From Raja brachyura (Eukaryota): 64,000 nucleotides of DNA. Each line of letters begins with the position of its first letter. The first letter of the stretch is position 1. The DNA is taken from the NCBI GenBank assembly GCA_963514005.1, contig OY740783.1, forward strand, positions 5,642,001 through 5,706,000, given 5' to 3'. Positions 24,131-38,424 of the stretch are shown here, piece after piece. Made by a program: the position numbers and the translations under genes. Below the pieces are notes generated by a model, which did not search any database, had not been told where the DNA came from, and saw only the letters and a list, made by a program, of their open reading frames with translations.

Positions 24131-24522
24131 GTCAACATCTGCTGACACCGTCCGTCTCAGTCCTTCTGCCGCCGACAGAAGAGATCTCCGCGCACAAGAC
24201 TATCACCCTCACCTGCTTTGTGAGAGGATTCTCCCCTCGCAGGGTCTTCGTAACGTGGACGCATGATGACAAGCGGGTGCATTGGAGCAAGTACAAGAAC
24301 ACCGAGGTGGTGGCGGAGAACGGCAATGAAACATTCTTCACCTACAGCCTGTTATCCGTTGGGGCAGCGGAGTGGGCTAGCGGAGCCTCCTTCTCCTGTC
24401 TGGTGGGGCACGAAGCACTCCCCATGAAGACCATTGTCAGAACGGTCAATAAGTCTAGCGGTAAACCCAGTTTTGTCAACGTTTCCCTTGTATTGATGGA
24501 CACTGTCAATTCCTGTCAATAA
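24131..24522 (+). CDS. IGHM: IgM Cmu4 plus secretory tailpiece
   Basis: [21 protein letters not shown], and tail [20 protein letters not shown] with NVS sequon and penultimate Cys. Internal membrane-form donor G|GTAAA at 24461. Confidence 0.97.
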
Positions 24523-24549
24523 GAATGAATTAGTTTCAATTTTCTCTGA

Positions 24550-24555
24550 AATAAA
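24550..24555 (+). terminator. Polyadenylation signal of the secreted mu form
   Basis: AATAAA 27 nt after the stop codon. Confidence 0.8.
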
Positions 24556-25081
24556 TATTAATACATACATTTAACTTCCAATTTTGAGCTGAACACATGG
24601 CCACCCAATTAATTATATAGAACATTTGCCAAAACGATGATGTTGATACGTGTAAATCTTGCCGACCATTCACGGAAAACGGATGCAGACTGCACACACA
24701 GTAACATCGGGGTTTGGGAGATAAGTCACAGCTGCACGAATAGCGGACTCACTTCAACATTATTGCTCTTGCTGGGTAGATATGGGTCCATGTCTGTGGA
24801 TCTCCATTTCTCTCCTTCTCCTGTTTCCAATCCATTCAGATCCAAGGCAGGATGTGAGACGTCGTAGCAACTCACCCTCTTCCGCCCGCATGAGGGGAAC
24901 TTGTAATTTGCCGTGCGTCTGTCACGCATATTTCTGCACACATTTCTATTTCCACATATAGATTGAAATCCACATTCAATGTCTTATTATGTGAACGCCC
25001 ATCTGCACAATCACGTGAAACGTTTACATAGTGCCATGTACTCAACATATTTGCACAATTGCACGAGGATTAACAATATAA

Positions 25082-25403
25082 ACACACACACAGTCACACA
25101 CACACTCACGCACATACTAACACACACACACACTTATTTTTTTTCTTCACAAATGCTGATAGATGTTGAAATAGATTTTCTACAACTACGCCTGCATTAT
25201 ATGTGCTTACACACGCATGCACATGCACATGCACACGCACACATGCACACACTCACATACGCACCCACTCACACACACACATGCGCACACACACACATTC
25301 ACATGCACAGGCACACATGCACAGGCACACACTCAAAATCACACTCACACGAGCGCACACACACACTCACAGGCACACATACACACAAGCTCATGAACAA
25401 GCA

Positions 25404-25442
<39 letters not shown>

Positions 25443-25445
25443 GCC
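25082..25445. repeat. Degenerate (CA)n tract
   Basis: CA-rich sequence giving His/Thr-rich spurious ORFs. Confidence 0.9.
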
Positions 25446-26324
25446 CAAAAAGAAGGAATGAGAGTGGAACCTCCATATATTAATGAAAAGACAATGTTAT
25501 CGCTGAAAGTCTTCAGGAACGCAGAGTCCAAACAGCCGATATCAATGCAATAACCATATAACAATTACAGCACGGAAACAGGCCATCTCGGCCCTTCAGG
25601 TCCGTGCCGAACACTTACTCTCACCTAGTCCCATCTACCTGCACTCAGACCATAACACTCCATTCCTTTCCTGTCCATATATCTATCCAATTTATTTTTA
25701 GAAACACAGAAAATAGTTGCAGGAGGAGGCCATTCGGCCCTTCGAGCCAGCACCGCCATTCATTGTGATCATGGCTGATCGTCCGCTATCAATAACCCGT
25801 GCCTGCCTTCTCCCCATATCCCTTGACTCCACTAGCTCCTAGAGCTCTATCCAACTCTCTTAAATCCATCCAGTGATTTGGCCTCCTTTAAATGATAAAA
25901 ATGAAAGCAACGTAATGCCAAGTACAACTAAGTGCAACTTGAAAGCTCAGGAATAAAGTGTCACCAGAATAGATTATTCCCATGAAGAAGTGGGCCGTTT
26001 AATTTCGGGTCGAGAATACTGTGGCGCTCACTTAATAAACGGTCATCACCCCTGATAGTGTGTGCAGGCGATTGATGGGATCACCGCTCTGAGCGGCTGG
26101 TGAGAACACGAACTTCGAGCCCAATATCAGATGCAGCGAGGGATTTAATAGAACCCGTCTCAAGCGTTAGACAAGGGCAACTCCGTTTCCAGCTCTCCCC
26201 CAGAAGTACACGGAGCACACTAATCACAAAACATCAGCCAGCGCACAAAAATAAAATAATTTATGGGTCGCATAGAAACATACATAAAACGCAATTAACG
26301 ACATATATACACCATAGCACATGG

Positions 26325-27030
26325 ACATATAACCATATAACCATATAACAATTACAGCACGGAAACAGGCCTTCTTGGCCCTTCCAGTCCGTGCCGACCA
26401 TTTATTTTCCCCTAGTCCCATCTACCTGCACTCAGACCATACCCCTTCATTCCCTTCCCGTCCATATACCTATCCACTTTACTTTTAAATGTTAAAATCG
26501 ATCCTGCCTCCACCACTTCTGCTGGAAGATCATTCCACACAGCCACCACTCTCTGAGTAAAGAAGTTCCCCCTCATGTTACCCCTAAACTTCTGTCCCTT
26601 AATTCTCATGTCATGCCCTCTTGTTTGAATCTTCCCTACCCTCAATGGGAAAAGCTTATCCACGTCAACTCTGTCTATCCCTTTCATCATTTTAAAGACC
26701 TCAATCAAGTCCCCCCTTAACCTTCTGCGCTCCAAAGAATAAAGACCTAACTTGTTCAACCTTTCTCTGTAACTTAGTTGCTGGAACCCAGGCAACATTC
26801 TAATAAATCTCCTATGTACTCTCTCTATTTTATTGACATCCTTCCTATAATTAGGCGACCAAAATTGTACACCATACTCCAAAATTGGTCTCACCAATGC
26901 CTTGTACAATTTTAACATTACTTCCCTACTCCTGTATTCAATGCTCTCATTTATAAAGGCCAGCACACCAAAAGCTTTCTTTACCACCCTATCTACATGC
27001 GATTCCACCTTCAGGGAACTATGCACATAC
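26325..27030 (-). mobile_element. CR1 LINE of a second subfamily, 3' portion with (atatggtt)n tail
   Basis: ORF 26412..27068 (LYKALVRPILEYGVQFWSP); reversed aaccatat repeats. A shorter tail copy lies at ~25550. Confidence 0.88.
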
Positions 27031-27282
27031 CTAAACAGGCCAGCAATCAAACATTCTGTGAAATGCAAAATAATAGGAACGGTTATCTAAAAGCGCATAT
27101 TTACACAAAATAAAACACATGAATACAACACAAATACATTTAGGCGCTCACTTTAATACCAATGGACCTTCACAGCAAATTTCCCGTGCCAATACACGGC
27201 AGCAGATATATTGACTCATATAATATATTTCTTCTTCACAAATGCTGATTGATGTTGAAATAGATTTTCTACAACTACGCCT

Positions 27283-27941
27283 NNNNNNNNNNNNNNNNNN
27301 NNNNNNNNNNNNNNNNNNNNNNNNNNNNNNNNNNNNNNNNNNNNNNNNNNNNNNNNNNNNNNNNNNNNNNNNNNNNNNNNNNNNNNNNNNNNNNNNNNNN
27401 NNNNNNNNNNNNNNNNNNNNNNNNNNNNNNNNNNNNNNNNNNNNNNNNATCACGCTCACACGCGCGCACGCACTCACACACACACACACACACACTCACA
27501 TGCACAGGCACACACTCACAATCACACTCACATACACAGGCACACGCGCACACACACTCACGCACACAGGCACACATACACGCAAGCACATGCACACACA
27601 CTCACAATCACACTCACATACACAGNNNNNNNNNNNNNNNNNNNNNNNNNNNNNNNNNNNNNNNNNNNNNNNNNNNNNNNNNNNNNNNNNNNNNNNNNNN
27701 NNNNNNNNNNNNNNNNNNNNNNNNNNNNNNNNNNNNNNNNNNNNNNNNNNNNNNNNNNNNNNNNNNNNNNNNNNNNNNNNNNNNNNNNNNNNNNNNNNNN
27801 NNNNNNNNNNNNNNNNNNNNNNNNNNNNNNNNNNNNNNNNNNNNNNNNNNNNNNNNNNNNNNNNNNNNNNNNNNNNNNNNNNNNNNNNNNNNNNNNNNNN
27901 NNNNNNNNNNNNNNNNNNNNNNNNNNNNNNNNNNNNNNNNN
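27283..27941. other. Two assembly gaps (27283-27448 and 27626-27941) around CA-rich sequence
   Basis: Runs of N. Confidence 0.99.
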
Positions 27942-28126
27942 AACTATGTTAGGATTTAAGCAAACATACTTATACACGTCTACCCAGTTACAGGCAAAGG
28001 GAAGGGCAATTCAGATCATTTAACCAGTAGTTTTCCACGCGTTCCAAAAGACTAAGTGTAACCGTAGATTAATTCATGCTCCATATTTTACACCAGAAAA
28101 AATGTTGCCTATTAAATAGTTTAAAG

Positions 28127-31100
28127 CTTCCGGTGGCGCTATGCTGGAGTGAGGAGGCACGCCAGCCAGCTCCGTGAAAAAAACGGGGAAAAAAACGGGA
28201 GATAAAGCCCTGCCTGCTGCCTGCCGTTTCTGCACGAACTGTTGTGAGTGACGTTATCAGGCACACGACCGTAATGGCAACACAGCGCAGACCACCCGCG
28301 GATAAACCCAAACTCAGATATGGAAGACCGAAAACGGCAGAAGAACAAGGCCTGACTGAAGCACCGGGCTCAGGTAGGACATCCTCCCAGGAATATGTGT
28401 CTAAAAAGTTAAATAAAAAATCGGAGATGGAAGAACTTAAAACTTTTTTTACACAAGAAATAATAGAGTTAAAATCGGAATTGGCAAAAAAAGAAGATAT
28501 AGAAAAAATGAAGGAGGAGATGAAAAAGTTAAAGTTTGAAATTAATGCCTCTACTCGGGAACTATCTGATAATTTGCGAAAGGAAATTGCAGAAATATTA
28601 GCGGAACAAGCTGCAATTGCTGCTGAAGAGATGAACGCTAAAATAAAAAGCAAGCTGGAAAAGGAGCTGGAACCTATCGAAACTGTACTTAATGAGCAGT
28701 CGTCGACCATAAAGGACCTTGAGGAGATAGCCGAAACAAATACTCAGTCTATGAAAGCACTCCTGAAAGAAAATCAACGCTTATCTGATCAACTGGGCAA
28801 AATAACTGAAAAATGTATCGAGTTGGAAGGGCACCAGCGAAGGCAGAACTTGAGAATCGCAGGTATTCGAGAAGGGAGAGAATCGAATCAAGATACCCGA
28901 GAGTTTACTGCAAATTTACTGCAAAAGGTTTTATCTCTGGATCAGAAACCTTTATTAGCCTGAGCACACAGAGTAATGAGGCGTTATACAAGACCAGACG
29001 CCCCCCCAAGACAAATGATAGTGAAACTCCAGTATGATCATGTTTTGGAGGAGATGATGAACAAAATAGTAAGAAGCAGAAACCTCACATTCGAAGGAGA
29101 CTCTATCAGCATTTATCGAGACTACCCAGCAGAGGTTTCTAAGAAGCGGAATGCGTTCAAGGAGACCAAAAGAATTCTGAGAGAAGTGAACAACGTGAAG
29201 TACACTCTGAGATATCCACCACTCTCAGAGTCACCCACAACCAGGAAGAACACTACTTCAAAAACCCAGCAGAAGCACTGGACTTTGCCAAGAGGATCAA
29301 GAGTCAAGAGGAAGACTGAATGAAAGTTTCTAAGACGAACCTCATTGATAAATAAATCGTACCCTCACGACTGGAATGGGCTATGGACTTGTGGTACTTA
29401 AAGAAGATGGAGAAGGAGGCGGCTTGGAGACTCGGATGGGAGATATGGATTGGACATTCGTTTATGGATATTAATAATTAGAGTAATAACATTACTAATA
29501 TTAACTAATAAATTCTAAAAAATTCGGCGTAGTATTATTACTAATTTACAGCGCGGTACTAATACTAATTAAAGTTGATAATCTTCAATCAGGGATTCAT
29601 ATTTACTCATGGCTGATTTAAATAGAATTAGATAATTATTAAGTATAATCATATAGAATATAAAGCTTGATTTTATTTACATCCCATGGTAATTTTTTAT
29701 TTTTCTCCCCCTTTTTTTATTTTTTAAATTTTTTTTAACTTTTTTATTTTTCCTCCCTTCTTTTCATTACATTTTATGATATATCTTTAATTTGTTTCAA
29801 GTACAGATATTATTATATACTTGAATGATAGACACCGTATACATCAGATTTTATTACTCCCAGTTAAATATTTTTATGAATTAATAATATTAAGGAGCTG
29901 GAAAGATACAAACAACGTCTACGGATGTCCTTAGATTATTAGCCATGTTAGAATGGCTAACACTCACTGCACCAATCTTAGATGTAGTTTTTTCTTTCTT
30001 TGAGCACTCTTTTAACCTCTTAATCTATCCTTTTTTTAATATCACTTTCTATTATTATTATTTTACATTTGAATGGAGTTGTAAATCAAAGCAAAGGAGA
30101 TATATGCGTGAGCATTACTTAAGGGTCTTGAAATTCATCTATTTGAAGTTCGGGTGTAAGGCCGGGTATGTCGAGCTGAACCATTTGCTCTATTACAGAC
30201 CCCCTTAGACAAATGATGCAAGACTTAAAAACGAATATGGGGAATGGAGGAATAACGTTTTGCAGCTGGAACGTAAAAGGTATTAATGAACCAATTAAGA
30301 GAGGTAAAGTATTATCACACCTAAAAGCACTCAAAACAGATGTGGCATTCATCCAAGAAACACATTTAAAAAAAGACACAGAGCATAGATTAAAAGCCAA
30401 ATGGATTGACAAAGTGTATCATTCTTCTTTTACAAACAAATCAAGAAGCGTAGCAATATTAATCCGTAAAGGTACCTTATTTAAACATACTTCAACTATA
30501 ACAGATAAGGAGGGCAGATATGTTATCATAACAGGAGAATTATATACACAAAAAATGATTTTTGTTAACATTTACGGCCCAAATTTTGACAGTCCGTCGT
30601 TTTTTAGGAAAATACTAAATACTATCCCAGAACTAGTACAATACAATTTAATAATTGGAGGAGATCTAAATTGTACATTAGATCCTTACTTAGACAGATC
30701 ATCAAGACAACGGAAAACTAAATCGCTTTCTAGCGATCTAATAAATGCATATATAGATTCGAGCAACATTATGGATGTTTGGAGAATGGAAAACCCAACG
30801 GGACGAGAATACTCGTTTTACTCATCAGTACATAAAACATACTCAAGAATAGACTACTTTCTAGTAGACTCAAAACTTATTCCACTCACTTATAATTCAA
30901 AATACCACAATATTATAATTTCAGATCATGCACCATTATCTTTTATGATTAAAATAACTGGAAAAATGGGGAAGCAGGGACAATGGAGACTCAACCCACA
31001 AATTTTAAAGGACAAAACAACTCAAGAATACATTTCAAAACAAATTGAGATCTTCTTTGAAACAAATGACAAACCAGAAATATCCCCGTTACTACTATGG

Positions 31101-34100
31101 GAAACTTTTAAAGCATATACACGTGGAATTATGATATCTTCTCAAGCATTCTTTAACAAAGAGAATCGGAGGATACAGCAGGCATTGGAAAAAGAGATTA
31201 AGCAAATAGATATAGAAAACGCTGCTAATCCAACCATGATTAAACATAATAAAATCTCTGCATTGAAATATAAATTAAATAAATTACAATCAGACCAAGT
31301 TGTAAAACTTTATCAATATACAAAACAAATACAATTTGAATTTGGAGATAAACCACAAAAATTATTTTCTGGTCAATTAAGAAAATTGGAGGGAGAAAAA
31401 ATAATCCATAGGGTTAAATCAGATACAGGAGAATTATTAACACAAACCAAAGACATTAACGAGAGATTTCTGCAATATTATAAAAAATTATATTCAGTCA
31501 AAACGATAGAAAATCATATAGGAATAGAAACATTTCTAAAAAATTGTAATTTAAAGGAATTAGATATGGAAGACAGAGAATCATTAAACGCTGAAATAAC
31601 AATTAAAGAAATCGAAGAATCTATTAGGTCATTAAAAAATGGTAAAGCACCAGGACCGGATGGAATTGGTTCGGAATTTTATAAAATATTTGATGATTTA
31701 ATGATACCACGGTTAAAGACACTTTATGAACACATTTATACACAACAGAAATTGCCTGGAACATTAAATGAATCTATTATTACATTAATACCTAAAGTAG
31801 ATAAAGATTTGGAGGACCCTGATCATATAAAGCCATAGCTCTTTTAAACACTGATCAAAAAATATTAACTAAAATATTAGCACGAAGATTAAATATGGTG
31901 ATCAACAAAATAATACACCCAGGCCAGACTGGATTTATACCAAAATGATACTCTTCATATAACCTGAGACGATTATTTAACATTATATACTCGAAAAGAA
32001 ATACTAGTAAAGACCTAGCAATTATCTCATTAGATGCAGAGAAAGCTTTTGATCAGGTTGAATGGTCTTATTTATTCTCGGTTTTGGAATCCTTCCAGCT
32101 AGGAGAAAAGTTTATAACGTGGGTCAAGTTATTATACACCAATCAGACAGCTAGAATACAAACAAATCAAATGTTATCAAGTAAATGTAACTTATTCAGA
32201 GGCTGTAGACAAGGTTGTCCGCTATCACCACTACTCTTTGCGTTAGCAATAGAACCATTAGCACAGCGTGTGAGACTATACCCTGAAATATATGGGTATG
32301 AAACCAAAGAAACGGAAAATAAAATTTCTTTATACGCAGATGATGTATTACTCTATATTACAAAGCCTGAAATTAGTATACCTACCCTGCTAGATTTAAT
32401 AACTCAATTTGATCTACTCTCAGGATATAGAATTAATTGGAATAAAAGTGAACTTATGTCAATAATGGAAATAACTCACACATATTACAACGATTCCTTT
32501 TACGATAGCAAATGAAAAAATTAAATATCTTGGAATTTATGTAACAAAAAGACATGACTCTTTATTTAAATCTAATTTCCCACCTTTATTGAATAAATTA
32601 CTTAAGAATATTCTATATTGGAAAACATTACCTATCTCAATGTTAGGTAAAATAAATGCGATAAAAATGATCTTTCTCACGCAAGTATTATATTTATTTC
32701 AAATGATCCCGATATATCTTCCCAAAAATTTTTTCAAAAAGGTGGATTCTATAATTACAAATTTTATTTGGGATTATAAGAGCCATAGAATAAATAAGAA
32801 ACATCTATGTAAAGCAAAAATAAGTGGAGGTTTAGCGTTGCCTAATTTTATGTTTTACTATGGGGCAGTTTATATTAAAAATATGAATTTTTGGTTGGAA
32901 GAATTAGATATACAGCCGAATTGGTTAAAATTGGAAAAGGAAGACTGCTTACCTTTTGAAATTAGCTCGATTATATTTGCTAATACCAAATTACATAAAA
33001 AAACTTATAGAGGAAACCCAATAATAGAAAATGGGATACGTATTTGGAAACAATTTAAAAAATCTTTAAAATTGGAATGTATACCACTGGATCTTCATAT
33101 TGCAAACAATATCACTTTTAAACCCTCTAGGATGGATAAAGGTTTTTCACAATGGAAAAATTATGGAATTAATAAGATACGGGATCTCTCTAGGGACAAC
33201 CTTTTTCTTACATTTCAAGAATTACAACAAAAATATGGACTACACTCAAAAGAATATTTTAGATATTTACAAATTAGAGATTATGTTAAATCAAATACAC
33301 AAGCATTTAGAAATAGAAAGACAGAAATTCTAGATGAATGTTTAAATAAACATCCAAACACAGAAAAATTAATATCATATATTTATAATATTTTATTGGA
33401 AAATGATGCACCACCGTCGGAAATATATAGGCAAGCATGGGAAAGCGAATTAGGACAATCAATTAGTTTAGAAGTATGGGAGGAAAGTTTACAACATATA
33501 CACTACTGTTCATTAAATGCCAGACACTCTCTGATACAATTTAAAATTTTACATAGATTACATCTCTCAAAGTCCAAACTAAATAGAATTTTCCCAAATG
33601 TTTCTGCTATATGTGACAAATGTCAACACCTAGAAGCCAACCTAACGCATTCATTTACCAAATGTATTAAAATTACTAATTTTTGGTCGGACATTTTTAA
33701 GATAATTTCGAAGGTAGTTAATACAAATCTGTATCCAGATTCTAAATTAATTATATTAGGTATATTAGAAACTGATCAATCACTAACAACAAAACAACTA
33801 ATTTTTATCGATTATAGTTTAATAATTGGTAAAAAATTAATACTAAAATTTTGGAAAGGTCCTACCAACCCCACTATTAAAATGTGGATTAAAGAAATGT
33901 CGGAGACACTTCATTTGGAAAGATTAAGACTTGTCCTCTCGGACAGGCTAGATCAGTTTAGAGGAACATGGTCTCCATTTATTGATTATCTAAGGGGACA
34001 AATGGGCTCGGTTCGAGGGCCTGACTGAAACCTGGACGGGGAATGGATGAAGAATTATATATAATAGATCACTGATATATCTCCAATGTAGAATAGAATG

Positions 34101-34368
34101 TTTAAAACTCCACTCATATTATTGATTTTCTATTTTTATTATTATTTTAATTTCTTTTATTATTTCTTTCTATTAATTTCCTTCTTTATTAAAAATAAAT
34201 AAAAAATATGTAGAAGTATAAACAAGAATGACTGTAAATTTTATAAATATTAAGAATGTATGTGATGAATAGCAAATTCTTTGGTTTCTCTTTTTTTTCT
34301 TACATTTTAAATTGTCTTAATATGTATCAATATGCATTAACTTCTAATAAAAAATATTAACAAAAAAA
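28127..34368 (+). mobile_element. Full-length L1-clade LINE with disrupted ORFs and a 15-bp TSD
   Basis: ORF1 pieces at 28244-29323 (RRQNLRIAGI). ORF2 pieces at 30213-34028 (SWNVKG, QETH, SDH endonuclease; RQGCPLSP, YADD; C..C...H...C). A-tail. TSD AAATAGTTTAAAGCT at 28114-28128 and 34369-34383. Confidence 0.95.
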
Positions 34369-34878
34369 AAATAGTTTAAAGCTATTTTTGTACACAAGCC
34401 TTCCTCCATTACCTATCCGAAAACAAGATACATCAGACAACAGGGTTCTAATGTGGGAATTATGGCAATGTTTGCGTTCAGTGAGTTCCTTCGCCGAGGT
34501 CCGGTCGCCAACTCCAAATAAAGGTTTATCTGATAACATTGTTAGCAATAACGAGTTTCCATTTTTATATCATCTCGGTTAGTAAATTATATTAATGGGA
34601 AGCGGACGTTTATAAAATGAACAATTAATCCCAGAAATATACATACACATGGCTTTCTCTAAAACTATTCATAAATGGTTCTTTATTAGCTGCTGTGGCT
34701 ACAAATGGTCATGATTTTGTATATATTTATTGAGGGTGATTATCTCAACGTAAAAACAGTTCATAGTAAATTAATATCCCCAATATTAATATTCGTATTA
34801 TTTTGGTAAGTAATAAATAAAATACAATGTCCTATATTAGAAAACACTGTGAATGTCTTCGCGTTCTGCTTTGCGTAG

Positions 34879-35006
34879 ATTACGCCGATGACGTTTGTCT
34901 TGAGGACTATGAGGAAGACAGAGACAACATCTGGAGAACCGCTTCCACATTCATTATCCTGTTCTTCCTGAGCATTTCCTACGGCACTGCCGTAACTCTG
35001 GTGAAG
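34879..35006 (+). CDS. IGHM: IgM transmembrane exon TM1
   Basis: cgtag acceptor, phase 1. DYADDVCLEDYEEDRDNIWRTASTFIILFFLSISYGTAVTLVK (acidic spacer plus conserved mIg TM motif). Donor AAG|GCGAGT. Confidence 0.93.
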
Positions 35007-35122
35007 GCGAGTTCATTCCACTTACTTTTCCACCTGATTGAAGAGTCGGGCAAAATATCGATTATCGTACTCTTTGAAGGCCCAGGCATCTTTGTCACAG
35101 ACTGCTAATGCACTTTCATATT

Positions 35123-35565
35123 AGAAACATAGAAACATAGAAAATAGGTGCAGGAGTCGGCCATTCGGCCCTTCGAGCCTGCACCGCCATTCAATATGAT
35201 CATCCAACTCAGTATCCTGTACCTGCCTCTCCATACCCCCTGAACCCTCTAGCCACAAGGGCCACATCTAACTCCCTCAACTGGTCTCAACTACCTTCTG
35301 TGGCGGAGAATTCCAGAGACTCACCATTCTCTGTGTGAAAAATGTTTTTCTCATCTTGGTCCTAAAAGACTTCCCCCTTATCCTTAGACTGTGACCCCTT
35401 GTCCTGGACTTCCCCAACATCGGGAACAATCTTCCTGCATCTCGCCTGTCCAACCCCTTAAGAATTTTGTAAGTTTCTATAAGATCCCCCCTCAATCTTC
35501 TAAATTCTAGCGAGTGCAAGCCGAGTCTATCCAGTCTTTCTTCATATGAAAGTCATGACGTCCCA
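35123..35565 (-). mobile_element. CR1 3' end in the TM1-TM2 intron
   Basis: ORF 35277..35519 and reversed tail. Confidence 0.85.
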
Positions 35566-35587
35566 TATTCTCTCCCTCTCTTTACAG

Positions 35588-35596
35588 GTCAAGTGA
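35588..35596 (+). CDS. IGHM: IgM TM2 exon (VK*)
   Basis: Strong pyrimidine tract and tacag acceptor, then GTC AAG TGA, completing the KVK cytoplasmic tail. Confidence 0.88.
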   Translation, partial: VK

Positions 35597-38424
35597 CAAT
35601 TGAATGTTGAAAACCGCGTATTTTTCTGACCGGCCTATGGACAATATCCGTTGTAAACAAGGGAAATGTTCCAATCTGAAACGGACAATACCATAAGCAA
35701 TACTTCGTTCTGTCGATCGGACTTGTTGTATATTGTTTAGTTGCCATTAGTATAGCGTTAATGTATCAAATTGTAATCATAATTTGAATATCATGTGAAA
35801 ATAAGTCGGTTTTCTCAAACGGTATACATGTTTTTTTTAATGTTTTTCTCTACATTCTCATTTTCTTTACATGGGCCAAATTCGTGTCATTCCGGTGTTG
35901 AATGCCGTTGTATAGAATTGCGTGACATCACAAACTTCATGTTAAATTCAGACACACTCTCTACGCCTGTAAATGTCATTATTCCAAAAACTTCTATCGG
36001 GTCTTCCTTCAACCTCCCTCCGAAGCTCCAAAGAAAACAATCCATGTTTAGCTCACCACTTCTTGTAGCTAACAACTCTAAACCCCTGCAGCATTCTAGT
36101 AAACCTCTTCTGCATCTTCTCCAAAGCCTCCACATTATTCCTTCGAAGGGACGACCTGACCTCCACACTGTGCTCCAAGTGTGGCCTAACCGAAGTCCCG
36201 TAAATAAAATGTAATGTGAATGCATGTGTAAATGCATACCCGAAAATCCAAACGCGTGCGCACATTCCGCGTATGAGCAAATATCTCTTTACTCCTTTTA
36301 CTGCACAATTGTCCTCTCCAGAATTCAGAGCAAATCTTCGACTCTCGAGCTAAATGTTGAGTGTACCTGTTGTCGTGTGGAATTCAGTTGTTTTGACCAC
36401 TTCGTGTTATGCTTTTGAAAGTTTCTCTGTAATATGTTTTCTGTGAAATCACAAATAAAAGCGGAACTACTTAAAGCCGAACCTGGTTTGCTATGTTCGT
36501 TTCTCGAAGGAACCAGCACCTGGTGCTAAATACGCCTAAAGATAATTTCGCTCAAATCGCTGGTTGGTAGAATAAGAATCACTACAATTATGCGGTCATT
36601 GTGCGCTTGGGTGTCCGATGACATTAAGGCCATATATATTTGAGTGCATTTTATGCCAAAGTTCCAGGAGAAGCTTTTCGCAACCTCCCCTTATACAGTA
36701 ACTATCTTCGACAAATAGGTTGTGATGACGAACTGTCTGCTCCACCAAGCACTAAGCAATATCACACACCTTCTTATATGTCTGTCGAATATTCAAAGAA
36801 ATGTTTCAAAGCAACGAGTGTGCACCTGATGCAGCCAACACCGTCAGAGAGACCAGCAACGTACATGGGTATGATTCTGGGTATGGAGTCTAGAACGGGC
36901 AAGAGACAAGGATAGACATTAAGAATTATTCGTCAGCATCTGGAATTAGCTGGGATCACATTACACCAACGGATAGTAAATTAGTTCAGATCGATTTGCC
37001 TCGTACCCATCGTGGTTACGCTTTCACTGGGACGTTGGTGCGGCCTTTGACGGCGAGGAGTGAGGGAATATCGCCCCCCAAATAAGAATAGTCCACACGG
37101 AGACAAAATGTGATGCTATCTACTCATCCCACTAGTTGGGTATCATGGACTAGTCTCGTTTGGTTGCATTTGGCCCATTCAGCGCACTATCAGGGTAACT
37201 GCGACTATAGTTACTGGGCCCAGAGTAATTTGAATAGAGATTGGGCCTACTTTCCGTGGCATAATGCAAGACCAACTCTGTGTGCTTTGTGTTTCCGGAC
37301 CTTAGGTTGTTTGAATACTGACTGGGCCTGCCGTCATAGGGCCCAGTGTCGGGCCCGTGTTCCCTCCAGATCTACCACCCTTAGGAGAGATAGAGCATAT
37401 GTTAGATGTTTTGCCACCGAAGTTAAAGGAGTAATATGGCGTGAAAAGGTTTATTCAGCTCCAGGGCCGAGTTGAGTCTCTTACCAAGCATATAAACGTG
37501 CACCTGATGTGCTTAGATTCTCGCAGACGCTTTTGCGAATAGTTTGGCAGAAGCAGGTCATACCAAGGGTTTGGAGGAGGGCAGGGGGGATTTTCATTCC
37601 CTCGAAGAAAGAGTCTCCAGACTTAAGTCAGTTTAGGCTCTATGTCTCCTAAATGTAGATTTTTTTTTAGCATAAAGTCACAGAGGCCAGCAAGTTATTT
37701 ATAAAGGTTTAATTTCGCAGGTTAATCGATATCAGTGCAGAAGCAGATTAGAACACATGAGTAAAATATAGAAACATAGAAAATAGGGGCCATTCGGCCT
37801 TTCGAGCCAGCACCGCCTTCCATATGATCATGGCTGATCATCCAATATCATTACCTCATTCCTGCTTTCTCCCGATATCCCTTGATTCCATTAGATCCAA
37901 GATGTATAGTATATCTAATTCTGTTTTGGAAACATACAGTGAAGTGGCCTCCACTGCCTTCTGTGGCAGTGAATTCCACAAATTCAAAACTCTCTTGCTG
38001 TCCCACCTCCCATGGTGGGAAGCTTTTGCATTTTTCAGTTTGAAATTGTGGAATCTGGTGCATACTTTTAACTTACACGATGCAACATTTATGCTTCAAA
38101 TTGGATCAGGTGTGAATAAGGTTAGGCTAAATTACATTCCTAATTACATTCCACAGTAGAGCCAGGCTCTGATCAACAGGTGCAGCACATGAATGACCTT
38201 AGTATATTCATGTATGGAAATCAGATTATAATTCATATATAGAGCTGTTATGCATATATAGAGAAACAAAAACATCGAAAAAAGCAAGAAGAATCAGACT
38301 TCCATCACTGATCTGCATAAATAAATCAATTAACCTCACCCTTTGACTATAGAAACAAGATGAGAATAATGCCACATATTCAACCGTATATGGTTCAATG
38401 AAATTAAGATATATATGTAAAACA

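Noticed and set aside
24979-27977. His/Thr-rich and X-containing ORFs
   Set aside because: Translations of CA repeats and N gaps.
18396-35596. IgW or IgNAR identity for the cluster
   Set aside because: Four C exons, a mu-type secretory tail ending SCQ, a classical VH with GLEW and a Cmu1 light-chain Cys all fit IgM.
36960-37760. Possible additional retroelement coding remnant
   Set aside because: Looks non-random, but no motif could be identified with confidence.
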